Source: an uncultured Geobacter sp.
GTDB taxonomy: Bacteria; Desulfobacterota; Desulfuromonadia; Geobacterales; DSM-12255
Reading direction: 5' to 3'
Assembly (NCBI GenBank): GCA_964431365.1
Contig: CAYSJJ010000001.1
Span: forward strand, 33,214 to 97,213
DNA length: 64,000 bases
Each line of letters starts with the position of its first letter. Position 1 is the first letter of the stretch. A program made the position numbers and the translations under genes. Below are positions 18,383 to 28,094 of the stretch, piece after piece. The notes under the pieces were generated by a model. It saw only the letters and a program-made list of their open reading frames with translations. It ran no database searches and was not told the origin of the DNA.

Positions 18383-20683
18383 ATGGCACTCACCAGCGAG
18401 CAGCACCGTGCAGTCATAGGATATATCGTCGAGGAGACCGGCCTGAAACCGTTCCAGGTGGAAGCGACCGTGGAACTGCTCCAGGAGGGGGGGACGGTCC
18501 CCTTCATCGCCCGCTACCGGAAGGAGCGGACCGGCGAACTGGACGAGGTGGAGATCCGGACCGTCGAAGAGCGCTTCACCTACTTCACCGAGCTTACCGA
18601 GCGGAAGGTCGCCATCCTCAACTCCATCGAGGAGCAGGGGAAGCTGACCCCTGAGCTCCGGGCGCGGATCGAGTCGACCCGCCAGAAGACCGAGCTGGAG
18701 GACCTCTACCTCCCGTACAAGCCGAAGCGCCGCACCAAGGCGATCATCGCCCGGGAGCGGGGGCTGGAGCCGCTGGCCGACCTGATGGCCGCCCAGGAGC
18801 TGACCGAAGGCACCCCGGAAGAGGCGGCAGCCCCCTTTGTCGATCCCGCCAAAGAGGTGCCGGACTCGGCAGCGGCCCTGGCCGGTGCCGGTCACATCCT
18901 GGCCGAGCGGCTGGCCGACGACGCCGATGCCCGGGCCTTTGTCCGGCGCATCACCGCCGACGAGGGGATCATCCGCTCCCGGGTGGCCACGGAGAAGAAG
19001 GGTGAGGTCACCAAGTTCGAGATGTACTACGACTACGAGGAGCCGCTGAAGAGCGTCCCCTCCCACCGGATGCTGGCCATGCGCCGTGGGGAGAAGGAGG
19101 AGGTCCTCTTCCTCGCCGTGGTCGCGCCGGTGGAGTCGATCCTGGCCGGGCTGAAGAGCCGGCTGGTCCGGGGGGAGAGCATCTTCCGAACGCTTCTGGA
19201 AGCGGTTGCCGAGGACGCCTACAAGCGGCTCATCGCCCCCTCCATCGAGGTGGAACTCCGGCTGGAGGCCAAGAACCGGGCCGACGAGGCGGCCATCAAG
19301 GTCTTTGCCCAGAACCTGCGGAACCTCCTCCTGGCGCCGCCGGCCGGGAGCAAGCGGGTCCTCGGCGTCGACCCGGGACTCCGGACCGGCTCCAAGCTGG
19401 CCGCCGTGGACGCTACCGGCCGCTTCCTGGAGCACGTCACCATCTATCCCCATACCGGCGAGGGGCGGGTCCCCCAGGCAAAGAAGGAACTCCTCCGCCT
19501 CATCGACGGCCACGCCCCGGAGATGATCGCCATCGGCAACGGCACTGCCAGCCGGGAGATGGAGCTGTTCGTAAAAGAGACCCTGGCCGAGGCCGGTCGG
19601 CACCTCCCGGTGGTGGTGGTGAGCGAGGCCGGCGCCAGCGTCTACTCGGCCTCGGAGATCGCCCGCGAGGAGTTCCCGGAGCTGGACCTGACCGTGCGTG
19701 GGGCGATCTCCATCGCCCGGCGGCTCCAGGACCCCCTGGCCGAACTGGTGAAGATCGACCCGAAGAGCATCGGGGTCGGCCAGTACCAGCACGACGTGAA
19801 CCAGTCCATGCTGAAGAAGGCGCTGGACGACGTGGTGGAGTCGTGCGTAAACTTCGTCGGGGTCGACCTGAACACCGCCTCCTGGGCGCTCCTCGCCTAT
19901 GTGGCCGGCGTCGGACCGGCCCTGGCCAAGGCGATCGTGAAGTTCCGTGACGACAAGGGGGCCTTCCCCTCCCGTCAGGCGCTCCTCTCGGTCCCCCGCT
20001 TCGGGGCCAAGGCGTTCGAACAGGCGGCCGGCTTCCTCCGGATCCGGGGGGGCGAACACCCCTTGGACAACACCGCCGTTCACCCGGAGCGCTACCAGGT
20101 GGTGGAGGCGATGGCCGCCGACCTCGGCAGCTCCCTGGCCCAGCTGGTGGCCGATCCGGCACTGGCAGGGAGGATCGATCTCAAGCGCTACGTCAGCGAG
20201 CAGGTCGGTCTCCCCACCCTGAAGGACATCCTGGAGGAGCTGAAGAAGCCGGGGCGCGACCCCCGGAGCCAGTTCCAGGCCGCCTCCTTCCGGGACGACA
20301 TCCGGGAGATCGCCGATCTCAAGGAGGGGATGATCCTCCAGGGGGTGGTAACCAACGTCACCGCCTTCGGCGCCTTCGTGGACATCGGGGTCCACCAGGA
20401 CGGGCTGGTGCACGTGAGCCACCTGGCCAACCGGTTCATCAAGGATCCGAACGACGCGGTGAAGGTGGGGGAGCTGGTACAGGTGAAGGTCCTGGCTGCC
20501 GACACGCAGCGGAAAAGGATCTCCCTCTCCATCAAAGAGGCGCTGCCGGGCGGGGGAGAGCAGCGTCCCCGCGGGGAGCGGCCGGCGCCGGCGGAACGGA
20601 AGCCAGCGGAGCCGAAGGCGCAGGGCGGCCTGGACCTGGGGGCCTTCGAACGGGCCGGTTTCCGGGTGCGGAAAAAGCCGTGA
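18383..20683 (+). CDS. tex: Tex family transcription accessory protein (S1 domain)
   Basis: TVPFIARYRKE, EDLYLPYKPKRRT, GVDPGLRTG, IGVGQYQHD and S1 motif FGAFVDIGVHQDGLVH. Confidence 0.97.
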   Translation: MALTSEQHRAVIGYIVEETGLKPFQVEATVELLQEGGTVPFIARYRKERTGELDEVEIRTVEERFTYFTELTERKVAILNSIEEQGKLTPELRARIESTRQKTELEDLYLPYKPKRRTKAIIARERGLEPLADLMAAQELTEGTPEEAAAPFVDPAKEVPDSAAALAGAGHILAERLADDADARAFVRRITADEGIIRSRVATEKKGEVTKFEMYYDYEEPLKSVPSHRMLAMRRGEKEEVLFLAVVAPVESILAGLKSRLVRGESIFRTLLEAVAEDAYKRLIAPSIEVELRLEAKNRADEAAIKVFAQNLRNLLLAPPAGSKRVLGVDPGLRTGSKLAAVDATGRFLEHVTIYPHTGEGRVPQAKKELLRLIDGHAPEMIAIGNGTASREMELFVKETLAEAGRHLPVVVVSEAGASVYSASEIAREEFPELDLTVRGAISIARRLQDPLAELVKIDPKSIGVGQYQHDVNQSMLKKALDDVVESCVNFVGVDLNTASWALLAYVAGVGPALAKAIVKFRDDKGAFPSRQALLSVPRFGAKAFEQAAGFLRIRGGEHPLDNTAVHPERYQVVEAMAADLGSSLAQLVADPALAGRIDLKRYVSEQVGLPTLKDILEELKKPGRDPRSQFQAASFRDDIREIADLKEGMILQGVVTNVTAFGAFVDIGVHQDGLVHVSHLANRFIKDPNDAVKVGELVQVKVLAADTQRKRISLSIKEALPGGGEQRPRGERPAPAERKPAEPKAQGGLDLGAFERAGFRVRKKP

Positions 20684-20699
20684 ACGCGTAAGGGTGGAG

Positions 20700-20882
20700 C
20701 CGTGACGGACGCCGCCCCATTTCGCTCGACGTGCTCTCGCACCGCCGCTGTACGGCTCATTTCGCTACCGGCCTGAAACTCGCCCTGACGGGCTCAGACA
20801 ATCAGGCCGGCGGCCGCTCCATTTCGCCTACAGCGGCTGGCGCTCGGGCACATCAGCTCAGTTGGCGCGGCGTCCGTCACGG
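20700..20882 (+). repeat. Family B structured repeat, copy 2
   Basis: Perfect 16-bp ends CCGTGACGGACGCCGC/GCGGCGTCCGTCACGG around the conserved core. Confidence 0.93.
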
Positions 20883-20905
20883 GTCAGGATAAGGTTAATG
20901 GGGGA

Positions 20906-21373
20906 ATGGATATGATCACGGTACTGAAGGACTTCGCCATCATCGTCGGCGGCCTGGTGACGATCTTCGCCTTTGTCAACGGCCTCCTGGAGTATCGCCG
21001 CCAGGGGGTGCAGAAGCGGGTTGAGCACTTCACCCTGCTCCGCCGGCGCCTGAAGGAGAACCCGGTCTTCAAGGAGATCTGCGCCATGATGTTCGCAGGC
21101 GACCCGGCCCTGGCGACCTTCGACGCCCAGGGGAAGCGAGACTTCATCGGCCTCCTGGAGGAGGTGGCCCTCTGGGTCAACTCCGGGCTGATCCGGCCGG
21201 AGCTGGCCCATTACATGTTCGGCTTCTACACGGTGAAGTGCCTGGAGAGCAAGGATTTCTGGGCCAATGTCACCCTGGACGACGTCTACTGGAACCTGTT
21301 CCACGATTTTGCCCGGGAGATGAAGGCGAAGGAGCAGGGGTTCGTCTATCGACGGGAGGCGCTGCGGTTCTAG
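20906..21373 (+). CDS. Hypothetical protein with an N-terminal TM helix (DUF4760-like)
   Basis: Host-like codon usage; hydrophobic N-terminus; LLEEVALWVNSGLI motif. Confidence 0.7.
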   Translation: MDMITVLKDFAIIVGGLVTIFAFVNGLLEYRRQGVQKRVEHFTLLRRRLKENPVFKEICAMMFAGDPALATFDAQGKRDFIGLLEEVALWVNSGLIRPELAHYMFGFYTVKCLESKDFWANVTLDDVYWNLFHDFAREMKAKEQGFVYRREALRF

Positions 21374-21441
21374 ACAAGCGGGGAGTCGAACGTGAAGTGT
21401 TCGGATGGAGTGCGGGGGATCTTCGCCGGGCCGCCAACGCC

Positions 21442-21735
21442 CTAGCTGCGGCGGAGACGTTCGTTCCGGTCGTTGACCGCCTTGATGATCATTTCCGCTT
21501 GCTCCGTCGTCAATCCTACCCCGGGTTTATTCCCCATCCAGTGGGTTATTTCGTCGCTCGGCGTGGCCAGCGGTTCCGGCAGGGGGGGACCGTTCACCTG
21601 TTTCCCGTTCACATAGAGCATCGCCTTGTATTCACCCTGATGGCGGACCAGGACAAATTTGGCCAGAGCTCCGTTGGAGAGGCGCTTCAGCAGCAGTTCC
21701 TTTTCAACTATCGGTTCATAATCGCGTAGGAGCAT
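21442..21735 (-). CDS. Hypothetical protein
   Basis: 97-aa ORF with globular-looking composition; GAGG upstream of the ATG. Confidence 0.65.
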   Translation of the reverse strand: MLLRDYEPIVEKELLLKRLSNGALAKFVLVRHQGEYKAMLYVNGKQVNGPPLPEPLATPSDEITHWMGNKPGVGLTTEQAEMIIKAVNDRNERLRRS

Positions 21736-22085
21736 GCAGATCCTCGGCCGTTTTCGAAAGTGACCTGTTCAGAAGGTATCAAAAAATCAGTACGTTTCAA
21801 GCGTAATGCAATTTTATAGCATTTCCGGGAAAGAAATAACAGAACAGAGTATGAAAAGGGCTGCCCGGGGAGGGTCCCCTTTCCCTGCATAAAGGGTGTC
21901 GGTCGATCCGATCGATTGCGGACGACCGGAAACAAAAATTTGTCCCCATGATATCAGTCCTTTGAATTTACACAACCTGTTGGCCGGCCACTGTCATTTT
22001 TGACAACGTGGATGAGCTCTATGCGGCCGTGGGGCGCGGCGTTGCCGGCTGAGCCCGGTCTTTCGGAAGGGGGTTGAGGCGCTGG

Positions 22086-22598
22086 ATGCACGAATTGACG
22101 TATTTGGCCGGCTACCCGGATAACGTAACCCGCCAGGTTGGCCACCTGATCGCAGAGAACCGGTTGGGGGCTCTCCTGTTGAAGAGATACCCCGCGCCCC
22201 ACGGCATCAGGACCGACCGGGCCCTGTACGATTTTGCCGTCAAGATCAAGAACGAATTCCTCCGCACTGCCGAGCCGCTCAGCAAGGTGGCCTACGACGG
22301 CAAGATCAACGTGATCCGGCACGCCCTGGGGCTGCATACCTTTGTCTCCAGGGTCCAGGGGGCGAAACTCAAGGCGAAGCATGAAATCAGGATTGCGGCG
22401 GTTTTCAAACAGGCGCCGCTGGAATTCCTGACCATGATCGTCGTCCACGAGCTGGCACACCTGAAGGAGCGGGAGCACAACAAGGCCTTTTACCAACTCT
22501 GCGAGCATATGGAGCCGGCCTACCATCAGCTGGAGTTCGACCTGCGGCTCTATCTGACCCATCTGGAGCTGGTCGGGGGGCTGTACGAGGGGAAATGA
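22086..22598 (+). CDS. YgjP-like (DUF45/M48) metallo-hydrolase
   Basis: VVHELAHLKEREHNKAFYQLC and QLEFDLRLYL motifs. Confidence 0.9.
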   Translation: MHELTYLAGYPDNVTRQVGHLIAENRLGALLLKRYPAPHGIRTDRALYDFAVKIKNEFLRTAEPLSKVAYDGKINVIRHALGLHTFVSRVQGAKLKAKHEIRIAAVFKQAPLEFLTMIVVHELAHLKEREHNKAFYQLCEHMEPAYHQLEFDLRLYLTHLELVGGLYEGK

Positions 22599-22611
22599 TG
22601 CGGGGCAGTCG

Positions 22612-22662
22612 ATCAAGGGCCAGTCTCAACCCCGTTGCGGAAGGTTGAGGCTGGCCCTTGAT
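22612..22662. terminator. Long hairpin between convergent genes
   Basis: ATCAAGGGCCAGTCTCAACC...GGTTGAGGCTGGCCCTTGAT; 20-bp stem with one G-T pair. Confidence 0.7.
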
Positions 22663-22666
22663 GTTG

Positions 22667-23578
22667 TTACGGGACGACGACGAACGTTCCGTTGCCGGCA
22701 GTGTCCGCCTCCACCGTGTGGCCGCCGCTGGTGAAGGTCAGGCGGGCCTTGGTGCCGTTGCTGCCGGTGAAGAGCAGCTGGCCGGAGGTCGGTGTGGCAT
22801 CCATGGTCGCCACCGTCAAGGGGGTCACCGTGCTGATGACCACATAGCCGTGGACCGGATCGTAATAGGTGCCGGTTACGGTGAGTGAGTTCCCCACCAG
22901 CGTCAGGGTGAAGTTCTTGATCCAGTAGGTGCGGCCGGAAGCAGAGTCGGTCAGCACGACCGTCATGGTCACGGTCTTGGTCGTGCCGGCGGTGCTGTAG
23001 GCCATGCTGCCGTCCATGGCAAAGGTTCTGCCGCCGCCGCTGCTGCCGGTCATGTTGCTCATGGTGATGCTCAGGCTGGAGAACGTGCCTGCTGCCTGAT
23101 TGTAGACACCGGAAAAGCCGATGGTACCGGAGATGGTGGCCGACGTGCTGGTCTCCCTGTATTGGCTGAAGGAGACCGTGCCGCTGAAGGAGCCTGCGGT
23201 CTGATCGTAATTAATGGAATAGGTGAACGAACCGCTGTAACCGTTGATGGTGGCCTGGGCGCTGGCGTCGACCGCTTTTGCGGACGACTTGGAGCCGCCG
23301 ACGATGGTCGTCGCGCTGTTTTCCAGTATGGTTGCCACCTCCTGCAGGAGGGCCTGCTGTCCGCTGCCGATGGTGGCCTCCTTGGCCAGGCCGGAAACGG
23401 CTGATGACACCTGGCTGCCGGAATAGGCGTCCTCCGACAGTGCCTTGGCATTGGACGTGGTTACGGTCGCCTGGGTCGTCACGCCGGTGTATGCCGCGGG
23501 GGTGCTGCCGGAGCCGCCGCCACCGCAGCCGGCCAGCAGCGTCAGTCCTGCAAGAATCGGAAACAATCTCTTGTACAT
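22667..23578 (-). CDS. Ser/Thr/Gly-rich beta-strand lipoprotein of unknown function
   Basis: Lipobox LLAGC followed by a GGGGSGS linker; GGAGG RBS. Confidence 0.85.
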   Translation of the reverse strand: MYKRLFPILAGLTLLAGCGGGGSGSTPAAYTGVTTQATVTTSNAKALSEDAYSGSQVSSAVSGLAKEATIGSGQQALLQEVATILENSATTIVGGSKSSAKAVDASAQATINGYSGSFTYSINYDQTAGSFSGTVSFSQYRETSTSATISGTIGFSGVYNQAAGTFSSLSITMSNMTGSSGGGRTFAMDGSMAYSTAGTTKTVTMTVVLTDSASGRTYWIKNFTLTLVGNSLTVTGTYYDPVHGYVVISTVTPLTVATMDATPTSGQLLFTGSNGTKARLTFTSGGHTVEADTAGNGTFVVVP

Positions 23579-23639
23579 AGTCCCTCCCTGAATATCTCCC
23601 TACGGGTAGTGTGGTGGCAGTCGGCCTGCCGGTGTCCCC

Positions 23640-24029
23640 TCATTCCTTCCTTTGAAGGGTGTAGAAAATGGATGGTGCCAGGGCCAGCCAGGCGAGAAAC
23701 AGCAGCCATACGCGCCCTGCAGCCACATTGTAGTCCTGGAAGAGCTGCTGCCATGGGCGATGCATGAGAAGTCTGCCCATGGCGAACTCAAAAGCAATGG
23801 TGAGCGATACCCAAACCAGGCCGATGGCGCGTGCATGGCGCCGTGACGATGGCGGCCAGCGCCGGATAATAAACCATATGAACGACCCTATGAGGAGTGA
23901 ACCAACCAGTGTGGATAGCTGATGAGCGCGGAGTTCCGGCATGTGCCTGCCGAAGGTCAACTGCCGGAGGGCGCCATTGGCTATTGCGAGGGCCAACATC
24001 GGGAACCATGCCACTATGTAACGAGTCAT
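23640..24029 (-). CDS. Hypothetical 4-TM membrane protein
   Basis: MTRYIVAWFPMLALAIANGALR...AFEF...DYNVAAGRVW; four hydrophobic segments. Confidence 0.75.
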   Translation of the reverse strand: MTRYIVAWFPMLALAIANGALRQLTFGRHMPELRAHQLSTLVGSLLIGSFIWFIIRRWPPSSRRHARAIGLVWVSLTIAFEFAMGRLLMHRPWQQLFQDYNVAAGRVWLLFLAWLALAPSIFYTLQRKE

Positions 24030-24151
24030 GCTCTGCGTCCCTGGTAGAGCAGCTCCTTCAGCAGGCCGAGCGCTCTGAGGGTGGCGTCCCTGCAACCCGG
24101 TCCCTGCCGGGGAAGCGCCGTAAAGAGTTCGTAGAAGTATTCCATATTCAT
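24026..24151 (-). pseudogene. Truncated class I SAM methyltransferase remnant (41 aa)
   Basis: Translated by hand: MNMEYFYELFTALPRQGPGCRDATLRALGLLKELLYQGRRA*. GGAG RBS present. PRQGPG resembles the N-terminus of a methyltransferase family; the SAM-binding motif is missing. Confidence 0.55.
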
Positions 24152-24230
24152 CTTGGTCTCCCCGCCCTCTGGAACAGTATCCTGACCCGTTTCGTGGGTC
24201 CCGGCCTTTATGCGATAACGGTTTCGGCAC

Positions 24231-24647
24231 TCATTTAGTGGGTGTGTCGGGCTTCCCGCTGACCGAAATCATTGTCCATTTCTCTTGTTGCATGAGATAG
24301 ACCTCGCTCCACCTCCCGGTGACGTTGAGAGGTTGCCCGTCCTTCGGTACCACCATCGCAGAATACGAATAATGGACGACTCCAACGCGCCCCTCATAAA
24401 CCTGCACACTCAGGGGATGGAGTTCATATTCGCGCAGGTCCGGAGCATCGCCTGCTACCGAGAGGACGGCGGCTTCCCGATTATGGGGAAGCGGGCAATT
24501 CATATCCCAGCCCACATAATCCGGATGAAGAGTCGAGCGTATCAGACTTTCGTCACGCCCCTTGGAGAGAGCCCAAAGATTCCTGACATGTTCCCATAGT
24601 TCTTGCTGTTCAGCCGAAAAGTCGATGATTGGAAGTTGCACCGTCAT
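24231..24647 (-). CDS. NTF2-like/DUF4440 family protein
   Basis: LHPDYVGW, VQVYEGRVGVVHY and GRWSEVY...W pattern of the SnoaL/NTF2 fold. Confidence 0.75.
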   Translation of the reverse strand: MTVQLPIIDFSAEQQELWEHVRNLWALSKGRDESLIRSTLHPDYVGWDMNCPLPHNREAAVLSVAGDAPDLREYELHPLSVQVYEGRVGVVHYSYSAMVVPKDGQPLNVTGRWSEVYLMQQEKWTMISVSGKPDTPTK

Positions 24648-24662
24648 GTCTCTATTTCCTTT

Positions 24663-24732
24663 GCCGAACGGTTGCCGCTGAGCTTTCTCTTGGGACATCA
24701 TTCTCTCATCAATGTTCACCGGCCTGTTATGT
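24663..24732 (-). other. Degenerate attC-like site
   Basis: Minus strand, directly after the DUF3800 stop: ACATAAC-aggcc-GGTGAAC...GCTCAGC-ggcaacc-GTTCGGC, 70 bp. Internal pairing is poor. Confidence 0.4.
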
Positions 24733-25750
24733 CTAAATCAGCATCGGTTTGCAACTTTCATCAACAACGCGAATAACATTCCAATAGGGCGGTTTCTTTT
24801 CTGTAGAATATGTGTTGCGATCTTCGCAAAGAGTTATCAACTGAATCGCGTGCGATCCCTTATGGGATTGCACCATCAACTTTCCAATCAGGCGCCACCC
24901 ACTGAAACCCAAAGCACCATTCATGGCTCTTCTTATCCCTGTAGTTAGAATGTCAACCATTTGAATTCCAGGATTGTCGTGGGATTGTTCAAATTTAAGA
25001 TGCTTCTTGTAAATGTCATTTATGCTTATAAATTCAAAAGGCTGAACATGGCCTAAAGCATCTTTTAAATGATCTGGAGGTTCTGCCTTAACATCACAGT
25101 ATTTCAAAAAAAAAGCTGTAATCAGCTTCGATTATCTGAATAAACGGTTCTCTAAATGATTTTGATTGTAATGATGCGAGGACAATTTGTGTCCACCATT
25201 TTTCAAATGGGGTGATCTCCTTGTCCTTCGCATCAATATACCAAAAAAATTCACCGATTTCTTCAGGCAGTCGTTGCGAATAATACAAGGTGGATTTTTG
25301 GATTGCCGAATATAGCAACTCAAATGTGCAACTAGACTGGACATAAAGCTGCGAAGGCAGCTTCATTAACTGATCTTGCAAGTTATATAATGACCTAAAA
25401 ATATTTTTGTGATGCTTTTCTGTTAGATTTTTAGTTAAGGCCTTTGCCCGCATCTTTTTGTGTAGTTCCAGTTCTTTAGCTGTCTGCATGTTCATGTCTA
25501 TGGCTGTTACTTGAAAAAATACGTCATAGCGGGACAGTAGGTGGATCAATGCAGCGACATCGGGCTCATTTAGCTTGCTGCCTTTGATCTCTTCCTTATT
25601 TACTCCCCAGGATTCCTTTAGTTTCAGGAAGTCATCAAATACCCTGCTTGTTACTCGCTCGGGCACCATCAGTGCACCAACGCATGAGACGGCACTTTTC
25701 TTCTTTCCTGGGATTACAAATATTCCTGCCTCATCAACAAAGATGTTCAT
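24733..25750 (-). pseudogene. DUF3800 (RNase H-like) protein split by a +1 frameshift in a T9 tract
   Basis: N-terminal IFVDEAG lies in ORF 25094..25750 and C-terminal IQMVD (QxxD) in ORF 24733..25107. A9 run at 25106-25114; removing one base gives a single 338-aa ORF. Visibly AT-rich. Confidence 0.8.
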
Positions 25751-26172
25751 GATTTATCCGAGATACAACAATAAGGGGCAGGTCTCAACAATCAACAGGC
25801 CTCGGAGGTTGCAGCAATGCAGTTCGGGTTTGTATTCCCTTCATCCCTGTTAAATAAGCTTTCTCACCGGATTAAGCCGGGATGAACAGGATAAATGCAC
25901 GCGCATGCCTGCATCTAAGCAGCATCAGGCATTGCCGGACCGCCACCCATCGCCTCTTGTAAAACATTCGCGTCAACTGAACAAGCACTATTTAGAGGCT
26001 GCCAATTATTTTATTTGAAACACGCTATCTTTTTTGCTAGCATCTGGTGGCGATTGCCCGGTGGCTTGTCTGCTGCTTGTTGTTCCAGCGTGGCGGAGGG
26101 GACAAATCGGCTTGAGGTGCTGGTATTCTTTGCGTTCGACGGTAATCGACTACGGTTTTTGAGGATCGTGAT

Positions 26173-26553
26173 ATGAAACGGATAAGCAAGGAAATCAGCA
26201 GGCTGATGGGGCAGAACTTGAGGAAGATGCGCAAGGTGCGGGGGTGGTCGCAGGAGGAGCTGGCGGACTCCACCGGCACCGACAGGCGCTACGTCTCGGC
26301 CATGGAGAACGGCCGCGGCATCGGCAAGAACATGCTCGATCGGCTCTGCCTGGTGTTCGGGGTCGAAGAGGAGGCGTTCACGCTCCAGACCATGCCGCAG
26401 AAGACGAAGCCGGTCGATACCCTCCCCCGGGTCGTCCGGATGATCCTGGAAGAGCTGGAGAATATGCCGGAATACGACCAGCTGCGCCTGCTGGCGGCGA
26501 TCGTCGAGAAGCGGTACAAGAAGCTGGAAGGGGAGATCGGCGGGAAGGGATAG
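26173..26553 (+). CDS. XRE-family HTH transcriptional regulator
   Basis: NLRKMRKVRGWSQEELA...YVSAMENG. Confidence 0.9.
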   Translation: MKRISKEISRLMGQNLRKMRKVRGWSQEELADSTGTDRRYVSAMENGRGIGKNMLDRLCLVFGVEEEAFTLQTMPQKTKPVDTLPRVVRMILEELENMPEYDQLRLLAAIVEKRYKKLEGEIGGKG

Positions 26554-26595
26554 GTCTCCGCCCGAGAGGAGATCGCTAACTGTTTCTACGAGGGG

Positions 26596-27834
26596 TCAGA
26601 ACGGATAGCCGAGCCCGACGAACACCGCCGGCCCGTCCTTGCCCCATCCCACGTCCACCCGCCCGAGGATGTTGGGTCGCACCACCGCCCGCACCCCGAC
26701 GCCGGGGTTGAACTCGAAGCTGCTCCCCTTGGCGTTGTCCAGAGACGACATGACCGACCCCAGGTCGATGAAGGGGGCCACCTCCCAGTCGGCATTCACC
26801 CCGAAGACCTCCCACCGGAAGATCCTGATCCGCTCCTCAAGGTTCAAGAGCAGGTAGCTGCTGTCGATGAACCGGTTCCGGCCGTACCCCCGCAGGCTGT
26901 TTTCCCCCCCGAGGATACTCCGTTCCAGGAACGGTACCGCCCCCCCCAGGGTCTGGTTGTAGGCGAGGCGGAAGGCGGTGATGTGACGCCGCCCCTTGTC
27001 CGCCGGCACGAATCCCTTGAACTCCACGTCGTAGTGGCGGTAATCGGCGCTGCTGCCGAAGATCCGGCTGCTGCTCTCCACCCCGAGGCGCATGTAGCCG
27101 CCATAGGTCGGGAGGGTGGGGGAGTCGAGGGAGCTGTAAATGAGGGAGAGCTTCTGGGCGTGGGCCGAAAACCCGTCGATGCCTGGAATGTGGGTGGTGA
27201 AGACGTCGCGGACGAACGGCACCGACGTGATGGCGCCGTGTCCGATGTTGACCTTCTTGAAGCGTTCGCCGAAGACCAGTTGGAAGTATTTGCCGATCTG
27301 ATACCCGGCGGAGAGGGCGAAGCCGTTCTCCTCGTCGGCGTAGTTGGTTTCGCGGTTCCTGCTGGTCCGTGACTGGAAGCCGAAGAAGCGGGCCGAGCCG
27401 TCGGTGAAAGAGAAGACGAAGGCGTTCAGGTCGAGTTTCCGGTCCAGGAAGGTGTTGTCCTTGATCCGTACCTCGTAGTCTTCGTTGACCTTCGTGGAGC
27501 GGGAGAGGTTGAACTCCATGTTCCGGTCCGGCGAGGGATAGAGGGCGCCGTACAGGGAGAAGGTGGTGCCGAAGTTCGGGTTCTGGTTCACCTGCGGGGC
27601 GAGGAGGGTGGCGATCTCGTCCTGCTTGTTGTGGACGAGGAAGGCCGCCAGTCCGCCGGCGGTGACCCCTTCATTCGGGCTGGAGGCGATCACGGGGAGC
27701 GGTATGGTGATGACCTTGGCCTCTTCGCCACTCTCACCGGTGGTGAGCGGGTAGGGGAGGTGCTCCCGTTTCACCATGGTGGTGCAGGCGCTGAGGGTCA
27801 GCAAAAGCAGTGCGAGGGAGAGAAGACGGTACAT
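26596..27834 (-). CDS. BamA/TamA (Omp85) family outer-membrane protein without POTRA domains, possible lipoprotein
   Basis: LSAC lipobox; LGGENSLRGYGRNRF (lid loop); C-terminal GLGYPF. Confidence 0.85.
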   Translation of the reverse strand: MYRLLSLALLLLTLSACTTMVKREHLPYPLTTGESGEEAKVITIPLPVIASSPNEGVTAGGLAAFLVHNKQDEIATLLAPQVNQNPNFGTTFSLYGALYPSPDRNMEFNLSRSTKVNEDYEVRIKDNTFLDRKLDLNAFVFSFTDGSARFFGFQSRTSRNRETNYADEENGFALSAGYQIGKYFQLVFGERFKKVNIGHGAITSVPFVRDVFTTHIPGIDGFSAHAQKLSLIYSSLDSPTLPTYGGYMRLGVESSSRIFGSSADYRHYDVEFKGFVPADKGRRHITAFRLAYNQTLGGAVPFLERSILGGENSLRGYGRNRFIDSSYLLLNLEERIRIFRWEVFGVNADWEVAPFIDLGSVMSSLDNAKGSSFEFNPGVGVRAVVRPNILGRVDVGWGKDGPAVFVGLGYPF

Positions 27835-27905
27835 GATAAGCACAACGTTCTACGTTCAACGGCCCGAGTTGTCAACCCAGAACACGAACGTAAAACGAAA
27901 AGGTG

Positions 27906-28093
27906 AATCCGTGGCGAATGCCGCGCCACTGCGCTCCATGCGCTCGCACCGCCGCTGTACGGCTCATTCCGCTAGCGGCCTGTAACTCGTCCTGACGGGC
28001 TCAGACAGACAGGCCGCTCTAACGCTCCATTTCGCCTACAGCGGCTGGTGCTCGGGCAAAGTCGCTTCGTCGGCACGACATTCGTCACGGATT
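27906..28093 (+). repeat. Family B structured repeat, copy 3
   Basis: Ends AATCCGTGGCGAATGCCGCGCC/GGCACGACATTCGTCACGGATT plus the conserved core. Confidence 0.93.
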
Positions 28094-28094
28094 G

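Noticed and set aside
21736..22085. Riboswitch (e.g. cyclic dinucleotide GEMM type) in long intergenic regions (also 58920-59145 and 59413-59682)
   Set aside because: Only isolated hairpins were seen; I could not identify the conserved riboswitch core by eye. An Rfam scan would settle it.
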